Positions 1 to 12,445 of a stretch of 64,000 nucleotides of DNA are shown here, one piece after another; positions within the stretch are counted from its first letter, which is position 1, and each line of letters opens with the position of its first letter. The notes below the pieces were generated by a model that was given only the letters and a program-made list of their open reading frames with translations, was not told where the DNA came from and did no database searches. This DNA comes from Orbicella franksi (Eukaryota): assembly GCA_964199315.1 (NCBI GenBank), contig OZ116707.1, positions 496,001-560,000 on the forward strand. The letters run 5' to 3'. The translations under genes were made by a program, and so were the position numbers.

Positions 1-900
1 TGCTCACAAGTGGTTTGTATTGTGAAGAGGAACTTCAACAGGCAGGTGCTAACGCAAGGCAAGTCTTTATTAATGCTGGTCAAGCATTCCTGGGCAATTT
101 AATTGAAAACCTTCAGGAGAGGTTTCCAAGTGAGACACTTGATATCTGCAAAGCTCTCGACCTTGTAGTCAACCCTCAATCGCTTCCCCAGAGTGCTGCT
201 GATATTGCTGCTCATGGAGTGGATGCTCTGAACAAGTTTATTGAACACTATGGCCAGCAAAAGACTGTTGTTGACAACAGAAATGTTAATCCCGATTGAC
301 CCATAAGTAACGGGAGTGGACTACCTTCAATTCAAGTTTCTCCTGAACACCCACCGTCTTGAGCATGCAAGAATTTAGCAAAAAGTTCCTAACTGATGAA
401 GGTCTCTGTGAACAGTTTCCAACTTACAAGACTCTTGTCAATATTGCATTGACAATTCCTGTGTCTAGTGCTGCATGTGAGGGGGGCTTTTCTTGCCAAA
501 ACAGAATCAAGACCGGTATACAAAACAGATTGAATGAGCAAAACCTAGACAACCTAATGAAAGTTGCAATTGAAGGACCCCCACTGGCACAATTCGATTT
601 TCAGAGGGCAAAAGAAATCTTCAAAGAGCAGCGTTGTTGCAGAAAATAGAGAAACCTTAGTGTCCTTCTGCCCATCTTTCAGTTGCCCCTTGTTTCATTA
701 TGAAATGTCAATGTGTCTAAGTTGAAATATTTGTTATTGAAATTCAATGGTTTATTTGCTATTCATTTGAAAAGCAACAAGTTTTGTTTTGGAGGGCTGT
801 CAAGATAATTATTTGGACCCACAAGAAAAGCTAGGGACCCATATTTGGCCAGATATATGGGTCCTTGGACCCAGACTGAAAAATCCTAGCGCCATCCCTG
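1..900 (+). mobile_element. Right arm of a hAT DNA transposon
   Basis: Transposase remnant followed by ...AAAAATCCTAGCGCCATCCCTG ending at 900 (reverse complement begins CAGGG, a hAT-like terminus); left end outside window so no TSD check. Confidence 0.6.
15..649 (+). pseudogene. hAT-superfamily transposase C-terminal remnant (dimerisation domain, ZNF862-like)
   Basis: ORFs 15-299 and 359-649; LALTIPVSSAACE-GFS..NRIKT..QNRL..NLD.LM is the typical hAT dimerisation motif; broken into two frames. Confidence 0.8.
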
Positions 901-2501
901 AAAGTGGTACAACATTACATGTGGAGGACACATTGCTTTCGAGCAAAACAAAATTATATATGGTGTTTTAAGATACACATCATCCAGTTTAATCCTAAAT
1001 CACTTGATCATAATTGGAAATTATTTTCTTTACATTAACGCAGTACATGATGAAAAAAGAACCCTATTTTGTAACCCTTGTTAATGAAAAGTTGAATTAG
1101 AAAAATATATTGCAATTACGACAAATAAACTACTTTCTTTTAACAAAAAATGGTCCAACTTTTTAAACAATTTATTATTGGAGGCTAGCTGTGCAAATGC
1201 AAATACTGTTACTATCCATTTGTAAGTAACTTATTACATTTATCAATTTGTAAGTAATTGTAGTGTATCGTAGTGTTAGTATTGTTCTTAGTAGCATTAG
1301 TATCATTTTGCTAGTATTATCGTATTGTAAGTAGTTTCTTATTTCTTTACGTCGCTTTTAGAACCTTATTGTAAAGTAATTTGTTGTGCATGAAATAAAT
1401 AAGTTTATTTAAAAAAAGGATCTCACTCATGGCAAAGACTTCCCTTTCACATTGATCCCACGGTTTGGTATCTCTTCTGGGTCAATCTAGATTGGTTCAT
1501 CTCCATCATCCCCAACAGGCCACAACCCTTGTATATTCACGCCATAATCTACACATGCGTCGAACCCGTTCAACATGTCAAAAAAAACAATCTACAGACT
1601 GATGAATCAATAGTCCCCCACACAGTCTGCAAATGTCTTTCATCCCTCAGACACAGGTCACACTTCTATCAGGTGGTGGAACAAAACCACACAGGACATT
1701 TCAGATATCCTTATGACATCAATGAAATCACCATAACTCACATCCGTTTCACACGATATTGGTCACCAACTCACTATCAGGAAAATTATCCTTGCACAAC
1801 AGGAATAGACTGACAAATTGTAATTAAAACCAACTCTTCTTACCCAAAATGGTGTCACATGATCTATTTATGACATCACTTCCGGTTCCTATGACGTAGC
1901 TTCTGGTTCTCAGGACTTGAACCCAGACCCCCAGCTCAGCCACGGCAACATTGCTGACCTGAGCCAAAAATCCAGCTATCTCACTGTTCAAGGGTGGTCA
2001 CATGAACAAAATACTGCACTCTGATTGGTTAGGTCCTATACCACTGCCTATTACTACTGATACCCTTTTATTAAATCTTTACAAAATCTGGACATTTGCT
2101 TGGTATTGGTATAGCCAAGATGATCATTACTTCTACATCCCAACACCAAACCAAAGTAGGCTTTGAATTTGATACTATTGAATCACAATATATTAACAAA
2201 TGCCTACAAAATTGGTCAATTCTTAAATTGCCACAGATGTGTTTTCAGTGTGAATACTGGGGCTCGTTTGAAGATTATCATACTCCTTCCAAATTACTTC
2301 TGGTCTTAGTTTAATCGTTTTGCCATTATCTGATCCTTCGTAACCAAATGTGGCATTTGCATTCTCCCTTGGCAACACAAGGCATTGAATGGGTGAGGGA
2401 CAGATGAGTTTGAACAAGATATGCAAATTTGATGAATATTGTCTTTTTCCCTTTTAAAAGTATGGGTGAGCTTAAGTCTATCGATGGTTCCCTTCCTACA
2501 A

Positions 2502-2650
2502 ATGGCATAGAAAATGAATAATCTAAATCGTATAGAAAATCATTAATCTAAATGGTATAGAAAATGAATAATCTAAAATGGTATAGAAAAAACATACAAT
2601 ACAAATCGTATTGGAAATCATTCATCTAAAAAAGTATAGAAAAATGAATC
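2502..2650. repeat. Imperfect tandem array, ~25-bp unit (TATAGAAAATGAATAATCTAAATCG-like), about 6 copies
   Basis: Recurring ATAGAAAAT..A.T.ATCTAAA units read directly. Confidence 0.6.
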
Positions 2651-3061
2651 CCTCCTTTGGGGTGCCTCCTGTGTTCCCAGCCAGGAACGGGAACCAACCA
2701 CCATAACAATTCCAAAACCATTTCTTCTGAATCTTTTGAATGACTGACTGAGTGAGCTTCTGTTGAGATGGTTGATTCAAAGCCTTCAGGGAAAAACTGG
2801 GAATCCCACTCTAACTACAAATGCAAAGACCAAAGATATGTATATGAAAATTGAAAGCAGCTTCTTATACCTTGTTGTTTTCCTCCTGTTGAAAGTGCCT
2901 GGGGGTTGTTGAACAAATTAATTCTCAAAAGATAAAAATTAGTTTAATAGAAACACGTAAAGGTTTTACAAGCTCTCTCGTAACAAATGTTCATAACCGT
3001 TGCACCCACTAAAACATCTAGTGTGACTTCGTCCATCCCAAGCCTCACCGTCTTTTCGGGT

Positions 3062-3480
3062 TCAAACACTGGCAGGCTTTAAGAAAACTGTGGCATGGCT
3101 GGTCCCTGCAGCCACCAAGTTGGAGATGTCCACGAACTTGAGGGAGGTAGTTTTGAGAGCCAGGTAGGTGTGGTTGCGCTCCATGGCCAGATCGATGCAA
3201 GAGTGGTTGACCAGGTAGGGAATCAGGACATCTTTCAGCACATTCAGATCATATTCACCAGAGTTGAAATCAACCATCACAAGTTTAGAGATGCAAATCT
3301 GTCTGAGGCTATTTGGCTTTTATCAGTTGACAGTTAGGTGATTGGTCAGGACAAAGCAAAGACAATGGTTGTTGTTGTTCTCCCAACTCAAGGTCAGCCC
3401 GACGGTAAAATGAAGGTCTTTTTCTATGTCCTCATCATTCTTGTCTTCGCTTTCGTCATTGTCATCATCGAATAGTCTTT
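3062..3480 (-). pseudogene. Polinton/adintovirus protein-primed DNA polymerase B fragment (exonuclease region)
   Basis: ORF 3062-3280: FNSGEYDLNVLK..LIPYL...LKFVDISN.VAAGTS resembles pPolB GFNSGKYDLN..IK/LKFLDISNYLAPGTSY; acidic DNDESEDKNDED stretch upstream. Confidence 0.7.
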
Positions 3481-4789
3481 CCTGACTGATCTTGTCCAAT
3501 CAGCATCACTGGTACAACTATCTCTAGAGGTACTGAGGTGAAAAATTTAAGATATTTGTTATATCTCTACTGTGTGGGACAGATTCAGGAACGATTTCTA
3601 TTCACACTGAACAGCTTCAAATTTGACGCACCTTGAAAGCAAAAAGGGTCAATTTGACATCGTTTTTTAAGTCATTAACACACTTTCATACACAATTTAG
3701 AGTAAAACAAAGTTTAAAAACTGTTACTTCCTATAAAAGTTAACACTTGGAGATAAATCACAAAACAGTTAGGCAACAAAACCAACTTTAAATTTTAGTG
3801 GGCCGTACAGGAGAGTGCACCCCACTAAATTGACAAATCACAGCGAAAAACATTTGAAACCACGAGGCCACAGGCTGAGTGGTTTTCTTGTGTTTGAGCA
3901 TTTGGAAACCTGATGAAACCTGAAGCACGAGCTTTTGAAATCACTTCTCCAACAAAGAAAATTAAAATATTCTAATATTACATTTGAGACGTGAAAAGTG
4001 ATTCTATCACCAAATTGCTGCTCTGTGACAATTTTCTAATTTTCATCAATGTCACGTTACCTAGCTCTTTGTCAGTTCTGAGCAAACACCACATTCATTG
4101 TACTGAAAAAATCCAAGATGGCCGTGACTGTTGCAGCCTGCAGTTACTATCACAAGTCATTCATACACCCCTCCCCTCAATCCCTAGGCCAAATCTACCA
4201 CGCACCTTTTATAAATTTATTTGGGAACAATATTGCTGAGGTGTGGGGTATTTAATATAGTAGCGAGAGAAGACACTATATTAACTGCAGATGGCCCCTC
4301 TTCAAGGTCACGTGATCTGCTATAAAATACTGATACTTTCTTACAAAAACTTGTATTTTCTCTGAAAGTGTTTTAACTGCTCACACCAAAGAAAACCTCC
4401 TAACTAGTTTCGTTGTCTTATAATCATTGACAGGTGTTACATGTAAAGCAGAAGACAGTACAGTTGTGGAAGGCCAAGGTCATGATGAAAATTGCCTTGT
4501 CGTGTGTAAAAAATAAAAACTTATAGTTTCCCGTGTTGAATTGTTAGGTGATGATATCATGATGACAAATATAAGCAATACCAATGTAATTTGGAACATT
4601 TTGAATTAATGTAATAGGCCAGAATGGCTCTCTTGTAAGTCTAGCCTCGCTTTCATGCATAATGACCCCTTAAATGGCCTAGACCTAATTTCTGTCAATG
4701 GCTCCATATCAAAATCTCTTTAGATTGCCATAAACAACCTCTGTGCAAAATTTGGTGCTTTCTTCACGAAGTGCAGCATTTTTCACATA

Positions 4790-5947
4790 TCCACCAGACA
4801 ACCATCAATCCCTTCACAATGGGGATCAACCTGATAGATTTTCAGATCGATCCTCATGAAGATTACGTGGATCTCTCTCACAGTTACTTCGAAGTGGAAT
4901 GGAGACTGAAGAAATCCAATGCTGCTAATATGGTGGTGGCAAAAACATGTTTTTGGTCAACAACATAATTCACTCCCTCTTCAAACAGATCAGCGTCGGA
5001 CTGAACAGAACCCTCAGCAGTCCTCAGACGGATACCTATCACTACAAAGCTTACTTGGAGACCTTGGTGAATTACACCAGAGATGACGGAGACCATTCTG
5101 AAACCACAAGGGTGGTTCAATATGGTCAATGTACCGGGCACCGACATACTGGACAACGCCAATTAAGTGAATCTGGCCCATGCCAAATTCAGAGACCCGA
5201 CGCCAGATTAACAAGCTTATGTCCGTCAAATCAGAGCATCTTTTGCTTTGGGCACACAGAAAAGTGTTTAATCTCAGCAAACTGTTGATACCCAGTGTAC
5301 AGATCGGTATCCAGATGTACTTTAACCCACCGGTTCTGTGGTCTATGAGATACAAGGGTGCCAAGGCCTTTCGGTTGAATGCTGAAGACATCAAATCAAA
5401 CTGTATCTGTCAAGTGAGACTCGATCCCTCTGTGTACAGGGAATTGATGACTGAGATGAACAACAGAAAGAACATTGTGACCAACCCGATGGTGAGAAGT
5501 GAGATACGAACTTTCAATATCACACAGAACACGCTACGCTGTGAGATCAGTAACCCTTTCCAGAACAGACTACCCAACATGGTAGTGGTGGGACTGGCGA
5601 TCTCTACGGCCTTCAACGGTGCCATCGGCGAGTATCCTTACACCTTCCAGCAGTTTAATCTGACTAGCATCAAACAGGTGGTGAGGGGAGAAACCTATCC
5701 CTACAAGTCTTTAGGACTGCTGGGGAACAATGGTAGCAAAGATGCTAGAGGTTACAGACAATTTTTACAAGCCACAGGATGTCTGATTAAGAGCCAAGGA
5801 AACATGGTGAAAGCAGAGGATTGGGGGAATGGAAAAGGCTGCACCCTGTTTGTATTTGAGAATGCGGCCATTGTCTTTGGTGAATTCGAACATTTCTTAG
5901 AGATCAACAGTAACAAGACAGTACAGTATGACATGTATCAACTCTGA
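4790..5947 (+). pseudogene. Polinton/adintovirus major capsid protein (hexon-like), frameshifted
   Basis: Overlapping ORFs 4771-4968, 4947-5288, 5180-5947: DYVDLSHSYF, VNNIIHSLFKQISVGLN..TYHYKAYLETLVNY, NPFQNRLPNMVVVGL...AFNG...YPYTFQQFNL, typical of Polinton MCP. Confidence 0.75.
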
Positions 5948-5949
5948 AG

Positions 5950-6456
5950 ATGGAGAAAGTGAGTTTGATTGACGTGCAATTGGATCAACTGGCTCGAAAT
6001 CAACACAGTATTAGACCATACTTTTCCAGCGCCCTTCCTTGCGATTGATTACCCGACAAACTGGACAAGCAAGGACCCGTGGGTTACATCGTCAACACAC
6101 ATCTTCACAATTGACCCAGTTGCCATTGGATCGGTCTATGGATGTACGAACACGTCTGCAAGATCATGGCCAGTTACGTTTTGCCTCTGGAAACGTACTT
6201 GATGACCTGACCCTTGCAAGATTGGTTAGATCGACATTGGAAGTACATGATGCTGAATGGACAGAGTCCTCCGTCGCTCTACAGTCAGAGTTGTGGCGAT
6301 TAAGCCTTGTTTTTTTTTATTGATCATTCTCGAGTATGAACAAGTGTTTGAATCGTTTCGATAAGCAAGATCACATCCACAAGGATCACAAAGTAGGTCA
6401 GATGTAAAAGAAACTGATCAAAAAAGAAGTGGGATGGGTTCAAGCATGTAAGTGAG
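5950..6456 (+). pseudogene. Adenain-like (adenoviral-type) cysteine protease of a Polinton/adintovirus
   Basis: Reading from ATG 5950 through in-frame stops: MEKVSL..LPCD*LP..PVGYIVNTH..*PSCHWIGLW..CKIMASY..SQSCGD*ALFFL; His and Cys catalytic motifs present; starts 2 nt after the MCP stop. Confidence 0.75.
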
Positions 6457-6689
6457 ACTATCAACAAAACGCCTGCTCTTCTTGTTGCGGCGTCAGACAT
6501 TCGTTGTAATGATTGTTGGTTTGACATTATTAAAAAATGTTCATTTGCTGTGTGATGACCTAATGGTTAATATCCTTGAGAGATGGGAGTTTGATGTTTT
6601 TTGTCATCCACTCTCTTGGAAACCTTGTCCACAACTAAGTAACCCAAAGGTCCGGGGTGACACCTGTTAAGGTTAAAATGATACCTGTT

Positions 6690-7110
6690 AAGGTTCTCAA
6701 GAACAGGTTTGTTGTTTGTCTGGACATGCCATTTTGGGGGGGCTCACCAGATGGCAAAGTTGTCGATTTTGGATGCCACTATCATTTTGGACTTGCCAAA
6801 GTAAAATGTCCAGAAACAAAATTTCAAGTAACCCCACTAGATGCCTGCCAAGACCTTAATTTCTTTTGAGGATGTCAATGGACATTGTAAACTGAAAAGG
6901 ATCATGCCTACTTCACTCAAGTGCAAGGCCAGATGGGTGTTAGTTCAGCATCGTGGTGTGACTTCATTGTTTACACAAAGAAGGGCATTTCAGTAGAGAG
7001 AATTCCCTTTGATGCCGTCTCCTGGGGAAACTCGGAAGCTAAAGCTTCACACATTTTACTTTAACCATTTTATTAAAACTGCAGCAACTGAGTTTGCAAA
7101 GTGCTAATCT
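6690..7110 (+). pseudogene. YqaJ/lambda-exonuclease-domain gene remnant (transposon-associated)
   Basis: GGSPDGKVVDF...GLAKVKCP, then after frameshifts DHAYFTQVQGQMGV...WCDFIVYTKKGISVERIPFD; PD-(D/E)xK YqaJ motifs. Confidence 0.75.
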
Positions 7111-8979
7111 ACCACTTCTACTTCTATTTCCCTTGCTCCTGTTTTAAGATAATGACTATAAAACAAGGGGAATACAAATCAAACTAGTTTAAAATCATAT
7201 TGACCATAAATGCCTTTTAACTTACAACATACAGTATACATCTAAACATATGCTTGAGATTCAATTGTATGTACATTGTTTGTACTTGCATCTAGTTTAC
7301 TGAATACATATTGTCAATACTTATTTTGCATCATTTATCAGTTGTACTAAATAAGCTCCAATCTAGAGATCAGCAATGAAATTTTCCTGGTGGAAATATA
7401 AATACTGAAACAAACCCAAGTCTTGAGAATAAAGATCAGCAAAGTTAGACTCAGGTTTTGCAAAGAATCTCTCTCAACCACACGACAATAGCAAGTGTAG
7501 GAAAACCTAGGAAGGAGAATTTGTGATCATGGTAATCACTGGAGCTTAATAGGTTGAAAAGAGTTGCAGTTCCTAACTAAAAACTGATCAGAATTATGTT
7601 GCAGGGTTGTCACAAGGTTTTGAAGTAGATGGCTGAGTTTGTTTTTTTTTGCTTTTAATTTTGCTTTAAATCTAGATTCATAATAACAGCCCTGCAATTT
7701 TGGCATACAGCCAGGTACTTTGACTTCCTCATATTTTTTAAATTCAAATTCCAAATGTATTGGAATACATGGCAATAGCTTTGGTTACACCACCTAAAGC
7801 AAACATGATTTCTCCTGTATAATTTTCCCATTGTTAAAATACCTGCTTGCTTAATTTGCTTGAGTAAATTAAACTTTCTGACTGGCAGGTTTACTTCTGC
7901 TACTGATAGATCCTACAGTTAACAGAAGTTCTTGCTTGGGACAGTTCCTTTTCTCTGAACTTGAAAATTATTTTACCTTAGTAGGTTTTTAGAGTAAATT
8001 TGATAAGAAAATGTCACTTTTCTCAGGCAAACAGCAGTTTGTCGGCATCTCTCAGCCTCTCCACGACAGAAATTGTACTTCAACCCAACGATATCCCATT
8101 TGGAGACTTGAAGAACCTTTTTATCCAGTTATATTCCAAAATATTGATGATTTCAACGAATTTTATGAGAAATTTTGATAGCAAAGGTGATTTATAATAC
8201 AGGTCTAAGTGCTCTACAAGGATTCTATGGCCTACCAAGCCTCGTTTTCATGCATTCGAAACCAGGTCGTTCCGTGCGGCCGCCATTTATGAATACAATG
8301 TATTTGTCGACGCATGAACACATCTGACCTATGAGCTTTAAAAAGGCACCATCGAGCATCAGAAAAATCCACGAATACCAAATATACTCACTGACAGTTG
8401 TTCGGTGAAGGACAAATTAACCTTCACACAACAGGGGACAGACAATCCTCGTACAGAGTCGAGCCCACTGAGTTATCAGCAGTTTAATCAATTGTAATCT
8501 TTATTTTCTCCATCTCATTGTTATGCTCACTTAGCACGGCGGGTAGTCGACAAGTCTGCATTGGAAAGTAACCGCGATTGACTCCAGGTACATGTAGATT
8601 TTAATTTTGTTTCCCTCTTTTTTCAATGTTTTTAGCAATACAATAAATAAATGCTCAGTGTTTATATCATTTCGCTTGCTATATGTGCATTTACCATACC
8701 ATAACCGTACTTCAACGACTTCCATTTCTGTAAAATCCATACGAAGTCTGCATCCAGTAAGAACTTGTGCTGCTCATCGATTTTACGATCCTGGATGTTC
8801 TCATTTTCGGTGGCCGAGTCTTCTTTAACTTATATCTTTTAATTTAGACCTTTAAAACAGCTTATTTTAATTAAAGATGGACAGCAATTTAAAAGTAAGC
8901 CGCAAGCGTACCTCATTTGCATAATGTTTCAAGCCCATCGAGTGAGCGACACATTTCCCCATAACTCACGATAACTTGT

Positions 8980-10450
8980 GTTGCACATGCGCAATTCACA
9001 AGTTAAAAATGACAGCAGTTTACAGGCGTTAGCTTATTTCCTCGACAAGCACCCGCTACCTGAGCCCCCAACTTCAACACTAACCCATTTAGCTGAGCTG
9101 GTACTCATGTTAAATGCATTCTCCTTCACAAAAAAGTATTACTGGCAAGTTGGTGAGGTAGCCATGGGTAGTAGAATGGGCCCTAACTACGTATGCCTCT
9201 TCATAGGATACAAGGAAGAGTGCATTTTGTCCACCTATACAGAGTTCATTCCTTAACCCTACAAGCAGTACACTGATGACATCGTAGGAGCAGCCTTGTG
9301 CCGTCAAGAAGAACTGGAGGACTTTATAACACGTGTATCCACTTTTCATCCTGCTTTGCAGTTTACCCATACCATTTATTTAACTCAGATAACTTTCCTG
9401 GACATCACACTCAGCATCTCAGGCAGCAAATCAGTACCTCAGTTCACTGCAACAACACCAACACCCAAAACTACCTATACTACACCTCCTCTCATCCTAA
9501 GCACTGTAAAAACAGTATTCCGTATTCCCAGTTCTTGTGCCTCTGCCGTCTCTGCTCTGAGGATGACTACTTCCTGCAAAAATGCCAAGAAATGTCCACC
9601 TTTTTCGAAAGCCATGGCTATCCCTTGGATTTATTGCAGAATGCTTAGGTAAGGGTGTCCTCTGTTACCCACCAAGAAGTGCTTTTGAAATGTGTATGAA
9701 AACAAAGAAAGGATTCCTCTGGTCTTGACATACCACCTCTTTAGTTTCGTGCATCAAGCAAAGTTTGTTTTACAACTTTATCATCCAGACAAGAGACCCT
9801 GGGACTGCAGCAGTCTTCCCAGCTCCACCTGTAGTTGCACCTCGACGCATTTGCAGTCTGAGAGATATCCTGATACAGACCTCTCACAGGTCCCAGATGG
9901 AGGTACCAGGGAACTTTTGCATGTCGACATCCCTGCTGCCGCACCTGCCTGTGCACAACATCCAACGTTCGTGTATGTGGACCCAAGAGTTCAACCACCA
10001 TCAGTGAAAAGTTTACCTGCAAATCAGAGAACGTTGTGTACTACATCTCGTATCGTCAATGCCCCCACCTATACATTAGGAGACCAGTCATACTCTATGT
10101 GAATGATTCAGCGAACATCTTCAGAACATCCAAAAGAACACTGGTGGTTTCCCAGACACAGAGTGCTTAACTCTCCTGGGCACAGTCTATCAGACAACTG
10201 TAAAAGGTCTAAGGAAGTGTTCTGGTGCTGTTTTCAGACAGAAGCAATTATTACAAATGGAAATCATTTTTGGGCTCAGCACTATGCAACTAGAAGGCCT
10301 AAATGTTGTCCACTTCACATAAACTGCGTGCGTGCACATCTCATTTCCGTGCATTTAGTTTCCATATGTTAATTTCAAATGAACGGTTGTGCGAACCAAA
10401 CCTTTAACCGTTTCACACTTAAGAAGGGCTATGCCCAAAACGCTTGTGAT
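8980..10450 (+). mobile_element. Decayed Penelope-like retroelement (RT plus GIY-YIG region, degenerate hammerhead at 3' end)
   Basis: AMGSRMGPNYVCLF, Y.DDIVG, FLDITL, YLYYTSSHPKHCKNSIPYSQFL, RIPLVLTYH across several frames with stops; hammerhead relic at 10413-10449. Confidence 0.85.
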
Positions 10451-11249
10451 TTTTCACAAGATGACACTTTGACATATTTCTACATCATCAGTTTTTATTT
10501 TTATTTTCTTTTGAACGTTTGTGTGTGTCACGCATCAACCATGGATAACAATTTCTTCCACTTTTGTTCATCCTACACGTTTTTTAGATATATTACCTAT
10601 ATTATTGTCCTTTTGGGGGCACAATGTACGATGTGTTCCACTTTAGAGATTCTGAATTTCTGTGCCAAATGATGAGTATCTCTTATGCAAGTAGTATAAT
10701 TTAGTATTTATTTTCCCTATTAATTTGAATTAAAAACCTAGTTTGGAAAGCAATTTTGATATCTAGCACTAGAAATTCACCTACCACATGACAAGAGAGG
10801 TCAAATGCAGCAATGAACCCTCAAACATCTCCAGGAGGCACCTGGAAACTTCCAGACCAGGGCTACTGGAAAAAGCTCAAGACTACTTAATTTTCATTCA
10901 TGAACCCCACCTTTACATCCCAAAAGACCTGGTATGAAATGGAATGAATTTATTCTCAAATGACCCTTCAAATTAATGTAGTTATATCATATTCAAAACT
11001 AAAGTGAAAACTGGATCATGCTGTATTTCCCAGGCCCTCATATCAGCCTTGGTCTCTCTCTCAAATTTTAAGAATCCTTTTAGAAGAGTGCCAGTGGTTT
11101 TGATATGTTATGGCGCTGGAACCTGCTGCCTTGTAGTTGGTGAATCCCATGTTAAACAATTCTTTCCTTATTTTCTTTGAAAGTAGGATTCTCTTGGAAA
11201 GCAGATTCAGAAACATTTTACAAGAGAGAAGAGCAAGACCTGTTCCAGC

Positions 11250-11900
11250 CTAATGTCAAACACCAGGCATACCACAACAACAGCTTTGTTGGAAAGCATG
11301 TCAATACCTGCCTACAGGAAAAAGCCTTTTAAAAAAAAATGATTTTAGTACTGAGTAATTTGTTTAAGTAGTTATGGTGAATTTGCATTGTTACTTTTTT
11401 TTAAGACAGACCCAAAACATCAAAAAGATCTGCAACATTCTAGGTCATAGAGCAAGAGTGCCCAGAGATTGTTGCAGAGGCAAGGCTTACAAGAGAAATA
11501 AACACAGCTGTTTACATTGTTTGGACAGTGCCACTCAAATTTAATTCATGTTCTCCAATTGAAGGACCTGAGACAACTGCTTTAGATATGTAATTCATAC
11601 TTACATGGCACTGCTGAGGACAAAACACTCATTAACATGAGCTTTAATTTAAATCACTATGCATGGTCTATAAAAATATCATATTCTTTCATGTTGTTTC
11701 AGAAAATGTCAACAAGAAATTCACTGCACACTACTGCAGCAATTTTGCAAAGGAGATATTTCCTCCCAAGCTCCACATGTTGGAAGACCAAATCGTCCCA
11801 TTTAAAAGGAAGTGGAAATTTTCATTGGGATTCTTTGGACTATAACAAGACACTTCAAAAGATGCTTGGGCAGCATTATGTCACAGTGGAAAATCCAAAA
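11250..11900 (+). pseudogene. Fragments of a probable DDE-transposase-like protein (family uncertain)
   Basis: Short motifs NNSFVG.HV..CL, LFTLFGQCH, PKLHMLEDQIVPF.RKW.FSLGFFG in different frames. Confidence 0.35.
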
Positions 11901-12305
11901 AAATCCAAAAGGCTGAGAGAATTAATCCTTCAAAGAGTAACAGGACAACTGAAAAGAAAAGCAACCAACACTGAGGGATCAAGTGTGAGTGATTCCACTT
12001 AAATAACACTGAAATAAATCTATATGGATAAAATAAGGATCTTGATTCATCTATAGGTTTTCGTGCACAGGCTGTAGCACTGTTATGTTGGGGAAACCAA
12101 CAGACACTTTGCCACCTACATCCACAACATCTTCACTCAGACAAGCATTCCCTTATAATTAATTATAGAATAACTGAGCTACTATGCACGCTCTCATTGG
12201 TCGGTAGCTGTTTTTAGATGAGAGTATGTAAACATAGTTGTGATGTTTTAGATTTGCACGTATTTTTGAGAATTATTTTATAAAAGCAATAGAGCACTAT
12301 TTCCA

Positions 12306-12445
12306 TGTTTACATAGCCTCATCTAAACACTGGGGGGCTGGAAGAATTCTCAAAAGTTATGCAAACCCTCAACTACATCTCGGGTTTGCATAACTGTCTT
12401 GAATTCTCCCTACCCTCCACGTGTTTAGATGAGGCTATGTAAACA
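12306..12445. repeat. Perfect 25-bp inverted repeat with 90-bp spacer inside an interspersed repeat
   Basis: TGTTTACATAGCCTCATCTAAACAC at 12306-12330 and its exact reverse complement at 12421-12445. Confidence 0.8.

Noticed and set aside
1420-1850. Coding-like, Cys-containing minus-strand stretch possibly belonging to the Polinton
   Set aside because: No recognisable motif and many stops; cannot support a call
7380-8200. Minus-strand ORFs considered as the ISL2EU transposase partner of YqaJ
   Set aside because: No DDE or Harbinger-like motif found by eye
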